Shown here piece after piece: positions 19,610 through 28,910 of a stretch of DNA of 64,000 nucleotides (positions are counted from its first letter, which is position 1; every line of letters begins with the position of its first letter). Under the pieces are notes generated by a model. That model was not told the origin of the DNA. It saw nothing but the letters and a program-made list of their open reading frames with translations, and did no database searches. Made by a program: the position numbers and the translations under genes. The stretch covers positions 320,358-384,357 of the forward strand of contig CAVOXB010000027.1 in assembly GCA_963700305.1 (NCBI GenBank). The letters are read 5' to 3'. This DNA comes from an uncultured delta proteobacterium (GTDB lineage Bacteria; Desulfobacterota; Desulfomonilia; Desulfomonilales; Desulfomonilaceae).

Positions 19610-22600
19610 TCATTCCTCCGCGCCTCGCGACTCCAACAGCCTGACGATTTCCCTGTTGTCCTCTTCCTCAGCCAACTGCAGAGCTGTATTGCCGTTAGCT
19701 GCCTCGGCATGTACGTCGGCTCCGCTGTCCAGGAGAAATCTCACTGTTTCGAGGTCTCCTTTCGCGGCCACAGCCATAAGCGTCGTCTTGCCGTCCTTGT
19801 CTCTTGCGTTCACGCTGGCGCCTCTGTTGACAAGGTGCTTCACGAGTTCGAGATTACCGGACAGGGCAGCGTACATGAGGACTGTGGAGCCGTCCTGGTC
19901 CTTGGCACTTACATCGGCGCCTTTTTCAAGCAAGGTTTTGACTTCTTCCAGGGAACCCTTCTTGGCTGCTTTCAATAGCTTATCATTGACTTCAGAGTAG
20001 GGCGTGCTTCGAATTGGAGGTCTGAAAATCACAATACCATAGGATGACGGGCCTAGTTCCCTGATTCGAATTTCATACGCTTTTTTTATGCACTGCGCAT
20101 CCTGACATTCATTGCGTTCATTCTCCAGCCATTGATTTTGGCTTTGAATCATTTCCTCTTTTTTCCTAGTTCGGTCGAGCACTTGCTGGTACGCCATAAC
20201 TAAGGAATTATCCAGCGTCAATAATTCATCACTGGCGCAGATTATCTTCTCTACTTCTGATCTCGCTTTTGAGCAATCAAAGCTTGCAGCGTGGATGTTT
20301 CCGCCAAATGCCCGCTTGCTATCTTGCGTTTGTGGCGCTGGTTGGGGTGGTTCAATTTTGAATTTGTTGAAATCTAAAACGCGCAAAGGCCCCGGGTTTC
20401 CTTGTGGCAATGGAACGCCCTTAGGGATAAAGAAGGCTGCTGGGTCGCTATCTAAACCTGCCGGGAATGTGAACGGCTTGAGGACCACGTACGTATTGTG
20501 AATTCCTGGACGCCTGGGCATTGCACGGGCTTGGCCGGCGATCCGTGGATCTGTTTTTGGTGCGTTGGCGATTTCTGCATTCACCCAGGCATCCGCATCG
20601 GCATCAGTAGCCTTGCGCAACAACCCTTTTCGAACCGCGTCCTTTAGACCTGCGCGGCCCGCCCGTGGCGCGGTCTTATCATAGAACGATTCTGGGGGAT
20701 TGGATTCAGAAGTAATGAGTTTTTCTCCTGCCGGTACAGGGTCGCCCACGACAGCCTTGCCATTCTTGGTCAGATAGACGAGATCCACGGGGTGCCCAAA
20801 GAGACGGCGTGACATAGGGTTGAACTCGAGGAGTTCCTTTTCTGCTTCGCCGACAACGGCATAACCACAAGGGCCCTTGTTGTCATAACTGGAATTCAGC
20901 ACAGGAACGTTAGCATCCAGACCGGCAACGGCCTGGCGATGATACCCGCTCACAAACACGGCTGCAATACGGGTGGCTGCAGTCCATTTGATATTCCAGA
21001 TAGTCGGTCCGTAAGCTCCGAGCATGATCACTACGGGCTTGGTGGAATAGTTCACCGTCACATCCATTTGAGTTGCTTGATTTCCGCTTTGGTCTATCTG
21101 GAAATGTAGTTTTCGTCGCGAATAGCCTCCTGCAGCAAATATTGCGTAATTCTCGGGAAGCGCCAGGCCTGGAAACTCGCAACCTTTTCTGGTTTGGTCC
21201 TCAGATAGCCCTTCCTGATCTTCCCCGAGTTCCTCAAGCGCCTTCTTGTATGCCTTGAGATGGTTGAAATTGTAAACAAACGAGTGCCCAGGATCCCCTT
21301 TTGGCTGTGGTACTCCCTCCGGGACGAAAAGGTTTGCCAAGTGGCCACCATAGAGCCCTGCTGGGTAAGAGAACGGCTTCAGTACAACATACGCATCCCA
21401 TGTATGGGGACGCGGGGGCTTGGGGCGGCCTTTTCCGGCAATCAATGGCACATCTCGATCAGGTCCGTTGGCTATCAGCGCATCAACCCAAGCGTCAGCA
21501 TCCGCTTCCGTCGCTTTACGCAAGAACCCTTTCCGAACAGCGTCCTCCAAACCAGCCGGGCCAGCAATTGGTGCTGTCGTGTCATGGAAGGATTCCGGGG
21601 AATTGGATTCTGAAGTAATGAGTTTTTCTCTCGCCGGTACGGGGTCGCCTATGACAACTTCGCCATTCTTGGCTGGATAAACCAGATCCACGGGGCGTCC
21701 GAATAGATTACGTGATATCTGGTTTATCTTTTCAGAATTTTCTCGTTGTCCGACATAGAAATATCCACAGGGACAAGGTCCTCGGTCGGCAGAACTCGAA
21801 TTCAGCACGGGGACAGTGGCATCGAGACCGGCAATAGCCTGGTGGTGATACCCGCTTACGAGCACACCAATGATGCGGGTGGTCGCAGTCCATTTGATGT
21901 TCCAGATCGTCGGTTCGTACGCTCCGAGCATCAATACGATAGGTTTGGAGGAATAGTTCACCGTCACATCCATTTGAGTCGCTTGATGCCCGCTCTGGTC
22001 TATTTGGAAATCCAGCGTTCGTCCCGAATAGCCTCCTGCAGCGAATATTGCATAACTCTCGGGAAGCGCCAGACCTGCAAACTCACAGGTTTTCTTGCGA
22101 TGATCCACAGATTGTCGTTTCCGCTCCTCTTCCTTTTTGTAATCAGGGGCGGAAGCAGCGTCAGAAGGCAGGGTGGATTGAGTGGTCAGATGACATTTGC
22201 TGATCTTCTCGATTGCACGGGGAATAGCTTGGCTCGCCTCACTCCATCTCGGAGGTTCACCCGGATGCAGCGCCCAAGACACCTCTTTCACGAGTTTAAC
22301 AGTCTCAAGCTGATGCTTAAGGGCACTAAGAGCCTTCTCCTGGCTCTTAGCAGACATGCGGCAGACGACGGAATCGCCGTAATCATATTCGCCGCCCAAG
22401 ATCTCAACCACAGTGCGTAGTGTGGTTAGTCTCTTCAGCCCTATCAGGAGATCGTCAAGATTTTGCTCCAGGAGAGTGATGCGTGGATCTGCGGCAGAAT
22501 CCTTGTTTTTGGCAGAATCCTTGTCTCTGACAGATTCATCATCTGCGTCAGAATCACCTTCTGGGCCAGAATCAATATCTCTATAGAAACTGGAAAGAGA

Positions 22601-23263
22601 GTGTGCGGCACTGGCTCTCACTTTGGGATCCGGGTCATGCGCCATTGCTTTGATCAACAATGGCACAGAATGATCACCACTCATGAAAGAAGCCGCCTTT
22701 GCCCTCACCACTGGAGAAGGATCTCTCAATCCAATTTCGTTGTATTTGTCCCTTTCCGGATGACCTTGCTGATTGATTACTTCCAGCGCCTTTTGTCGTT
22801 CGGTTGCCGACTTGCTATTGAGGAAACTCGCCGTCTGGTCCTCAGCAAGCGCTGGATCGACCCTATAGTAATGACAATCCATCCCGAGGTTACCGGCGAA
22901 CGCTTCGTTACGAGTCCTGAAGCCCGAGACGCGTAATCCGTCCTGCACGGAATTGGGATCATCCTGCTTCGAGCCCTCCAGCCGGACAAAGGGCAGATAG
23001 CAGTCTGATGAGGAGATTTCAAGAAGGACATGTTGCTCGTCAGCTTCGACAACTGTGTAGGGGACATTTTTACTCTTGCACTCATCCCAGGTTATGTTCT
23101 CTTTCCGCAGGACTATGATGGAAGTCATGCAGGCGCGGGATTCTCCCTGATATGTTCCGATAAAAGACGGCGGCACTTCTGCGCCGAAAGCCACTGAGGA
23201 GACGGCAAGCGCCAGAAGAATGGCCAAAAGCAGCACCCTATCAGAAGTAGAACTCATGACCAC
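19610..23263 (-). CDS. Large secreted multi-domain protein (1217 aa): signal peptide, HEAT/PBS-lyase repeats, two tandem ~330-aa repeats of an unrecognised domain, an LprI/DUF1311-like domain, and C-terminal ankyrin repeats
   Basis: Signal peptide MVMSSTSDRVLLLAILLALAVSSVAFGA. HEAT-like segment DPSPVVRAKAASF...HDPDPKVRASAAHSL. Duplicated module CEFAGLALPE(S/N)YAIFAAGGYS...TQMDVTVNYS. DUF1311-like segment FDCSKARSEVEKIICASDELLTLDNSLVMAYQQVL...WLENERNEC. Ankyrin repeats DGSTVLMYAALSGNLELVKHLVNRGASVNARDKDGKTTLMAVAAKGDLETVRFLLDSGADV. Confidence 0.7.
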   Translation of the reverse strand: MVMSSTSDRVLLLAILLALAVSSVAFGAEVPPSFIGTYQGESRACMTSIIVLRKENITWDECKSKNVPYTVVEADEQHVLLEISSSDCYLPFVRLEGSKQDDPNSVQDGLRVSGFRTRNEAFAGNLGMDCHYYRVDPALAEDQTASFLNSKSATERQKALEVINQQGHPERDKYNEIGLRDPSPVVRAKAASFMSGDHSVPLLIKAMAHDPDPKVRASAAHSLSSFYRDIDSGPEGDSDADDESVRDKDSAKNKDSAADPRITLLEQNLDDLLIGLKRLTTLRTVVEILGGEYDYGDSVVCRMSAKSQEKALSALKHQLETVKLVKEVSWALHPGEPPRWSEASQAIPRAIEKISKCHLTTQSTLPSDAASAPDYKKEEERKRQSVDHRKKTCEFAGLALPESYAIFAAGGYSGRTLDFQIDQSGHQATQMDVTVNYSSKPIVLMLGAYEPTIWNIKWTATTRIIGVLVSGYHHQAIAGLDATVPVLNSSSADRGPCPCGYFYVGQRENSEKINQISRNLFGRPVDLVYPAKNGEVVIGDPVPAREKLITSESNSPESFHDTTAPIAGPAGLEDAVRKGFLRKATEADADAWVDALIANGPDRDVPLIAGKGRPKPPRPHTWDAYVVLKPFSYPAGLYGGHLANLFVPEGVPQPKGDPGHSFVYNFNHLKAYKKALEELGEDQEGLSEDQTRKGCEFPGLALPENYAIFAAGGYSRRKLHFQIDQSGNQATQMDVTVNYSTKPVVIMLGAYGPTIWNIKWTAATRIAAVFVSGYHRQAVAGLDANVPVLNSSYDNKGPCGYAVVGEAEKELLEFNPMSRRLFGHPVDLVYLTKNGKAVVGDPVPAGEKLITSESNPPESFYDKTAPRAGRAGLKDAVRKGLLRKATDADADAWVNAEIANAPKTDPRIAGQARAMPRRPGIHNTYVVLKPFTFPAGLDSDPAAFFIPKGVPLPQGNPGPLRVLDFNKFKIEPPQPAPQTQDSKRAFGGNIHAASFDCSKARSEVEKIICASDELLTLDNSLVMAYQQVLDRTRKKEEMIQSQNQWLENERNECQDAQCIKKAYEIRIRELGPSSYGIVIFRPPIRSTPYSEVNDKLLKAAKKGSLEEVKTLLEKGADVSAKDQDGSTVLMYAALSGNLELVKHLVNRGASVNARDKDGKTTLMAVAAKGDLETVRFLLDSGADVHAEAANGNTALQLAEEEDNREIVRLLESRGAEE

Positions 23264-23523
23264 ACCTCCTTGTTAACCCGCCAATGGATTGGATTAATCT
23301 GCATAATGTGCGGACTCTCGATCTTCTTCGGCATACCACGCCATTCTGGTGATTGCCAGAGAAATACTAAGGTCTCTGTGTCGGGATCAAGCCCGCCGTG
23401 CATTGCCTTGTCGCCCTTGGGGACAACATGCCATCGGTTCGTGAATCTGTGATGGCATCGATAAGGAAAATAGGAGGAAATTTTGCGCAAATTCAGTGCA
23501 ACGATCAGATTGTCCTGATCCAT
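23254..23523 (-). CDS. Hypothetical small protein immediately upstream of, and overlapping, the giant gene
   Basis: The ORF frame runs on through the IS200 left-end hairpin, so its true 5' end is probably the internal Met (MDQDN...) or has been disrupted by the IS. It overlaps the 1217-aa gene start by 10 nt. Confidence 0.3.
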   Translation of the reverse strand: MDQDNLIVALNLRKISSYFPYRCHHRFTNRWHVVPKGDKAMHGGLDPDTETLVFLWQSPEWRGMPKKIESPHIMQINPIHWRVNKEVWS

Positions 23524-23569
23524 CAGGAGGTCACCACAGCAAGAGCCATTGTAGCGTAACCAGAAAATG

Positions 23570-24190
23570 GTAAGCCCCCGGCTTTGCCGGGGAGACTCCC
23601 CAAGGTTTGACCGTGTGAGGCAGTAAGAGGCAACCTCCCAGAACACACCAAATTTCAATTCTGGGAGGTTTTCATGAAAGACTATAAGAGCCTAAATCAC
23701 ACGAAGTGGGATTGCAAGTATCATGTGGTTTTCATTCCCAAACGCCGGAGAAAGCAGATTTACGGTTCCCTTCGGAAATACCTGGGAGAGATATTTCATG
23801 AGTTGGCTCGCCAAAAGGAGTCCCAGATAGTGGAAGGACATCTGTGCTCGGATCATGTCCATGTGTGCATGAGTATTCCACCCAAGTTTGCTGTGTCCAA
23901 CGTGATCGGGTACATCAAAGGCAAGAGTGCGATCTCCATTGCAAGGAATTTCACAGCGAGAAAGCGGAACTTTGCAGGAGAGAGCTTTTGGGCTCGTGGC
24001 TACTATGTCTCAACAGTGGGTTTGGACGAAGAGTCTGTAAGGAAGTACATTTCGCGAGCAGGACGCCAAAGACGCAAGGCTCGATCAACTGAACTGGCTT
24101 TCTGACGACGACCCGTCCCCTTCAGGGGACTCATGAGCTGACCCCCTTGGGGGGCTAACAGGAATATGCCCCCGGCTTTGCCGGGGGTAA
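23570..24190 (+). mobile_element. IS200/IS605-family insertion sequence (tnpA only) with subterminal hairpins
   Basis: Left-end hairpin CCCCGGCTTTGCCGGGG at 23575-23592. Right-end hairpins GTCCCCTTCAGGGGAC, CCCCCTTGGGGGG and CCCCCGGCTTTGCCGGGGG at 24100-24188. Confidence 0.7.
23674..24105 (+). CDS. tnpA: IS200/IS605 family transposase TnpA (HUH Y1)
   Basis: 143 aa. MKDYKSLNHTKWDCKYHVVFIPKRRRK...HLCSDHVHVCMSIPPK contains the HuH motif (HVHV) and the catalytic Tyr region (GYYVSTVG). Confidence 0.85.
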   Translation: MKDYKSLNHTKWDCKYHVVFIPKRRRKQIYGSLRKYLGEIFHELARQKESQIVEGHLCSDHVHVCMSIPPKFAVSNVIGYIKGKSAISIARNFTARKRNFAGESFWARGYYVSTVGLDEESVRKYISRAGRQRRKARSTELAF

Positions 24191-24231
24191 TTTAACCTAA
24201 CTGATATGTTGCGATTTATCGGTGCCTCAAT

Positions 24232-24260
24232 CGGGTTCGATTCCCGCCGCCTCCAACAGT
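24232..24260 (+). repeat. attR-like direct repeat of the tmRNA 3' end (CGGGTTCGATTCCCGCCGCCTCCAaCAGT)
   Basis: 24 of 24 identical to tmRNA 19315-19338, with continued identity after one mismatch. No D-arm or anticodon arm upstream, so it is not a tRNA gene. Confidence 0.6.
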
Positions 24261-24439
24261 AACAACTTAATATGATTGGACGTTTCTTAACCGAAACGGA
24301 GTGTAATAGGGGAGGTTCTGTCGGAGAACGGAGCCCCACGATGATAAGGGAACCTATGTCCTGAACGGTTCTCAGACAGTAAGTCCGTCGGCTGGCGACG
24401 TCAGTCCGGAAGAGAAATCGGTCGAATCGTCCTCATTGG

Positions 24440-24781
24440 TTATCTCGCTCTGTAAGCCGAGTGCGCCAACAGGGCCGTCAGGACAGCATGCACCACGACC
24501 GCCGGCCACAACAGCGGCCCCGCCCATTCGCTAAGGATGCCGATGTAAGCCAGATAGGCTGTCACCAGGGCGCTGTAGGTCAGCATGCCGAGCAATGCCA
24601 ATCCCGGCAAGCAAGCGATACCCAACGCAATCAGGGCGATGCCGGCCACACGAGCTACCGGAATCGAAACTCCGGTAAGCTCGGCGCCGAGCAATACCCG
24701 TCCGACAAGCCCTGGAACAACCAGCAGCGCCAAACCCGTGGTCGCTTCGGCCACAGCGGCGAGAGTCAGCAGTCTTTTCAT
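24440..24781 (-). CDS. Small hydrophobic membrane protein (113 aa), GC-rich
   Basis: Three to four predicted TM helices. It sits in the GC-rich segment with the sulfatase. Confidence 0.4.
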   Translation of the reverse strand: MKRLLTLAAVAEATTGLALLVVPGLVGRVLLGAELTGVSIPVARVAGIALIALGIACLPGLALLGMLTYSALVTAYLAYIGILSEWAGPLLWPAVVVHAVLTALLAHSAYRAR

Positions 24782-24804
24782 TCGTCGAACCGCGTTCAGT
24801 CTCG

Positions 24805-27288
24805 CTACCGGGCGACAGCCTCAGCGGCTTGTTTGTGTTCCGTTTCGGCGTGCTGCGCCGGTTCGAGTTTGAAGGTCAGCTTGTTGATCTTGCCGGTGAA
24901 CTTGAATGGGACGTCGTAGCGATACTCCAGCATCGCGACCCCGGTCCGCGTGTCCTGGCCTATATCGAAGGTTTCGTCCTCCGGGAACGTGATCGGGGTG
25001 GTGTGTTCCAGGGAATTCCGGGCCACTTCCTGACCGTCCACATACAGCACGCCCGTACCTCCCTTGCCCAGGCCCGGGCCGGCAGACTTGAAGTCGAAGA
25101 CGATGGTGTGCTTCCCCGATTTCAACTCAGGCCCCTCCCATGTCGTGCGCTTGAGATCGAGCAGGTTGTAGAGAAACACCACCTTACCGCGCCCGAAGCC
25201 GAACTCGCCCTTGCTCAGGAACAGGCCGTAGCCGCCGAAGCGTCCGCCATCGGTGACGATCATGCCTTCCGCTCCACCTTCAGGAATTTCTACCTCGGCA
25301 GTAATTGTGTACGACTTGTTCAGGATGTTCGGTGCGCCACTGTTAGGGACGCCGGTCAGTTCTCCCGAATAGGTGAAGACCGTTCGTCCCCCCGTGAGGT
25401 TCGGCCGAGGCGTGTTCCAGCGCGCGAGCGACGAGTTGTCGAGCGGCAGCACGTCGTATTTTTGCGCCTCCAGATAGAAGATGGCCTGCATCTGCTTGAG
25501 CTTCTCCGGCATCTTGGCGGCCAGGTCGTTGAACTGGGTGGGGTCCTCCTGGACATTGTAGAGCTCCCACTTGTACCCGGTTATCACGTCCGGCGGCGTG
25601 GCGGTGCTGAGCTCCCAGGGAAGGTTCGCCGGTGTCGTGCACGCAACCCAGCCATCGTGGTAGATGGCTCTGTTGCCGAGCATCTCGAAGTATTGCGTGG
25701 AGTGCCGGGTCGGGGCATTGGCGTTTGCCTTGTCCCAGGTGTAAATCGTGCTCACTCCTTCGATGGGGCGTTGTTTGATGCCGTTGATCGTCTCGGGTGA
25801 CGGGATGCCTGTCGCTTCGAGGATTGTCGGCACGACGTCGATGACGTGATGGAACTGGTGGCGGATGCCGCCCACGTCCTTTATGTGGCCAGGCCAGGAC
25901 ACCGCCATGCCCTGGGCCGTCCCTCCGAAATGGGACGCCACCTGCTTCACCCACTTGAACGGCGTGCTCATCGCCCACGCCCAACCTGCCGCAAAGTGTG
26001 GGAACGTCCGTTCCGAGCCCCAGAACTCGTACCAGAGAAACTGGTCCTTGACCGGAACGGCAACGCCATTGAACGTGGTGAACTCGTTCGGCGTACCGTT
26101 GAGCATACCCTCAGCGCTCGCGCCGTTGTCACCGCTGATGTAGATGATCAAGGTGTTGTCGAGTTGCCCGAGGTCTTCGACGGCCTGGATGACCCTGCCG
26201 ATCTCATGGTCGGTGTACGCGAGGTACGCCCCGTAGACGTCGGCCTGCTTGATGAAGAGCTTCTTCTCCTCCAAGCTGAGTGAATCCCACTCCGGCAGTT
26301 CCTTCGGCCAAGGCGTCAGCTTCGCGTTCTCGGGCATGATGCCCAGCCGCTTCTGATTAGCGAAGATGGTCTCGCGGACTTTGTTCCAGCCCTCATCGAA
26401 GAGATGCATGTCGCTGACCTTCTTGATCCATTCAGAAGTAGGATGATGCGGCGCGTGCGTGCCGCCCGGCACGTAATAGACGAAGAACGGTTTATCGGGC
26501 GCGATCTCTTTGAGCTGCTTCATGTACTGGATCGCCTCGTCGGCCATGGCCGTGGTCAGGTTCCAGCCGGGGCTGCCCTGAAAGGGGTAGATAGACGTCG
26601 TGTTGCGAAACAGGTTCGGTTGCCACTGGCTGGCGTCGCCGCCAACGAAGCCGTAGAAATACTCGAAGCCCAATCCGTTCGGCCACTGGTCGAACGGCCC
26701 GGCCTGGGTTGCCTGATAAAACGGTGTGTTGTGGTTCTTGCCGAACCACGAAGTTGCATAACCATTGTCCCTAAGGATGGCGCCTATTGTGCCGTTCTCC
26801 TTCCGGATGATCGAGTCGTACCCCGGGAACCCCGTCGCGATTTCGCCCACGACGCCGAAGCCGGCCACGTGATGGTTGCGTCCCGTGATAATCGCAGCCC
26901 GCGTCGGTGAGCACAGCGACGTGGAGTGGAAGTTCGTGTAACGCAGTCCATTGTTCGCGATGCGATCCAGGGCCGGGGTCGGGACAACGCCGCCGAAGGT
27001 GCCCGGCGCGCCGTAGCCGACATCGTCCGTCATGATGAGTAACACATTGGGCGCGCCCTTCGGGGGAACGACGCGTGGCGCCCACCACGCCTTCGACTCA
27101 GAGGCTTTCTCCTTGATCACCCCCCCAAATTTCGGGTCTGGTGGAGGAAGCTGCTTTCCGTCAATGGTTGTGGTCGCATCCGGTGAGCCCGGTACGCCGG
27201 TGATCTGCTGAGCGTTGCCGGGACTGGCAACAGCCGTGACGAGGGCAATCAAGGCTACGTACATCAATAGTTGATTTCGAGGACGCAT
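24805..27288 (-). CDS. Arylsulfatase (Cys-type sulfatase family S1), secreted, with a roughly 300-aa C-terminal extension
   Basis: Signal peptide (MRPRNQLLMYVALIALVTAVASPGNAQQ). Sulfatase signature LIMTDDVGYGAPGTFGG...TNFHSTSLCSPTRAAIITGR (C-x-P-x-R). GC is visibly higher than in flanking DNA. Confidence 0.85.
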   Translation of the reverse strand: MRPRNQLLMYVALIALVTAVASPGNAQQITGVPGSPDATTTIDGKQLPPPDPKFGGVIKEKASESKAWWAPRVVPPKGAPNVLLIMTDDVGYGAPGTFGGVVPTPALDRIANNGLRYTNFHSTSLCSPTRAAIITGRNHHVAGFGVVGEIATGFPGYDSIIRKENGTIGAILRDNGYATSWFGKNHNTPFYQATQAGPFDQWPNGLGFEYFYGFVGGDASQWQPNLFRNTTSIYPFQGSPGWNLTTAMADEAIQYMKQLKEIAPDKPFFVYYVPGGTHAPHHPTSEWIKKVSDMHLFDEGWNKVRETIFANQKRLGIMPENAKLTPWPKELPEWDSLSLEEKKLFIKQADVYGAYLAYTDHEIGRVIQAVEDLGQLDNTLIIYISGDNGASAEGMLNGTPNEFTTFNGVAVPVKDQFLWYEFWGSERTFPHFAAGWAWAMSTPFKWVKQVASHFGGTAQGMAVSWPGHIKDVGGIRHQFHHVIDVVPTILEATGIPSPETINGIKQRPIEGVSTIYTWDKANANAPTRHSTQYFEMLGNRAIYHDGWVACTTPANLPWELSTATPPDVITGYKWELYNVQEDPTQFNDLAAKMPEKLKQMQAIFYLEAQKYDVLPLDNSSLARWNTPRPNLTGGRTVFTYSGELTGVPNSGAPNILNKSYTITAEVEIPEGGAEGMIVTDGGRFGGYGLFLSKGEFGFGRGKVVFLYNLLDLKRTTWEGPELKSGKHTIVFDFKSAGPGLGKGGTGVLYVDGQEVARNSLEHTTPITFPEDETFDIGQDTRTGVAMLEYRYDVPFKFTGKINKLTFKLEPAQHAETEHKQAAEAVAR

Positions 27289-27952
27289 CGCTGTCTCCTC
27301 CATCAAGAGATTCTTAACCTTTAATATCATTTATTTTTCGACCTTAACCCGGCATTCAAAGAAGGCCTCGCAATTCTACCTTCGCAGCGGGCGATGAAAA
27401 TTCACGGATTTGTTACCTGCGACCCGCTCAGGCCTTTTGTAACACCCCACAGTGTCCTAGATCATCAAATCCGTCATCAACATTATCAATAAATTCTCCT
27501 ATTCAGCATAACTGTCCCCACGCGTCTCCGTCAATCAGAATCCTTCGCGTTTCCGCATATCATTGATGATTGCCTAGAGCGGCGCCAGAAAAAGGGCCTG
27601 ATTCAAGAATGAACAAATCGCTAGTCAAGTCCCCTCCCGGCCAATCATCGACAGAAACAGCCCACTTGAAAATCAGCTCGTTTAGCGGAAAGGACGTCGT
27701 GCATTTCATCGGATGCAATCTACCAGAAGACAGAGGTAATAGCATGATATGACAGCATTTAATGACTTGTGGATCGGGTTAGATTCCGCGTCTTCCCCCT
27801 GTGATTGCTAGGCATTGATGCTTTGTACCGAAAAACAAAGGCGTGCAAACCAATGCGCACCTTGGTAGTGTACTCGTCATTTGTGATCTCGAATTGTTTC
27901 CAAGGCGCGGGACAAGCAACGGTAACCCACCAAATAAAATTGCAGGCAAACC

Positions 27953-28207
27953 ATGTCTGAGACTCCGTTTAAATCCTGGAATCGCACTGCAGTCCGATGC
28001 TTGGCTAGTTCCAGGGCAGACGAAAGGCCCCTCTCGTTTTTGGTGGGCGATGACGAGATCCAGGTTGCCTCGGTTGTGGAGTCCTGGCGGGAACCGGATT
28101 ATCTCTATTTCAAAGTAGAGACCAGAGCTGGCCGGATATATGACCTCAGGCATCATGAATATGAGGATTCTTGGCAGGTAAGAGAATCGCCGCACCAGGC
28201 AACCTAG
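27953..28207 (+). CDS. Hypothetical protein (84 aa)
   Basis: ORF only, no recognisable motif. Confidence 0.2.
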   Translation: MSETPFKSWNRTAVRCLASSRADERPLSFLVGDDEIQVASVVESWREPDYLYFKVETRAGRIYDLRHHEYEDSWQVRESPHQAT

Positions 28208-28273
28208 AACCACGTCAATCGCAAGCAAATAGCCTGAAAAACCCGGCGCTCTATGTCAAAGAAACAGAAAAAA

Positions 28274-28801
28274 TCAGAAAAACACAGACCCGAACCAGTG
28301 AAAGAAGGCGTATGTGCTGACCATACCCTCGATAGCTGCTGCTCCAAGCAATGCCCAGCGGGAGCGCTGGGTCGGCGCTACGAAAGCCGAAAGGATGAAG
28401 GCGGCGGCCAGCAGCGGCGCTGCGAACATCAGCAGAACCGCGAGAAACTCAGCGATGACCCATCGGGGCTCATGGAGTGGCCAGGAAGAAGCAAATGCGA
28501 TTACCGAAGCGGCGGCTATGCCGGTAACGGCAAGCGCCAATGATATTATTGAGATGGCGGTCCAGAATGGTCGAAAAAGCCGCAGAAAGTAGAGTGCCAA
28601 TCCAGTCGGGAAGAGCGCCACAACGCCAAATACGAACATAAAAAGGATGCTGTCTCCGAATGCATACATTCCCGATGAAGCTTGCGCATCTGGACCCTGC
28701 GTATGAAGGATTCTGTAGTAAACAGAAGCACTTGCAACAAGACACGCTATGAGATAACCTGCAAGGACTGCGCTGACCTTGATGAGTCTGTTAATGAACA
28801 C
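28274..28801 (-). CDS. Hypothetical membrane protein (175 aa, about 5 TM)
   Basis: Hydrophobic helices, no recognised family. Confidence 0.4.
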   Translation of the reverse strand: MFINRLIKVSAVLAGYLIACLVASASVYYRILHTQGPDAQASSGMYAFGDSILFMFVFGVVALFPTGLALYFLRLFRPFWTAISIISLALAVTGIAAASVIAFASSWPLHEPRWVIAEFLAVLLMFAAPLLAAAFILSAFVAPTQRSRWALLGAAAIEGMVSTYAFFHWFGSVFF

Positions 28802-28910
28802 CCTCCAACAGTAACGCGACTGAAACTCGTAGCAAACCAGGATGCAGTCGGACTTTATCCGGTTTCCGCGTTTTTAGGTGATAAGATTCGTATCTGTTTG
28901 GACTCTGAAC

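Larger units (their letters stand above)
19344..24231. mobile_element. Putative degraded genomic island inserted at the tmRNA 3' end, bounded by direct repeats 19315-19343 and 24232-24260. No integrase.
   Basis: The pair is 28 of 29 nt identical and the repeat ends exactly at the tmRNA CCA end. The interior holds non-housekeeping cargo, a HicB-like stub and an IS200 element. Confidence 0.5.

Noticed and set aside
19583-20000. Two overlapping plus-strand ORFs (131 and 136 aa)
   Set aside because: Antisense to the ankyrin-repeat segment of the 1217-aa gene. Low-complexity translation.
24200-24262. Second tRNA-like 3' end after the IS200 element, considered as a tRNA or second tmRNA gene
   Set aside because: Only the 3' 29 nt match ssrA. 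No acceptor 5' half, D-arm or anticodon arm upstream. Interpreted as an att-site repeat.
24829-27088. Many long ORFs antisense to, or out of frame with, the sulfatase gene (e.g. 24829..25800 +, 25343..25984 -, 25846..26283 +, 26404..26910 +, 26771..27088 -)
   Set aside because: They are confined to the GC-rich block, are Arg/Ala/Pro-rich low-complexity translations, and overlap a strongly supported sulfatase frame. This is a high-GC artifact.
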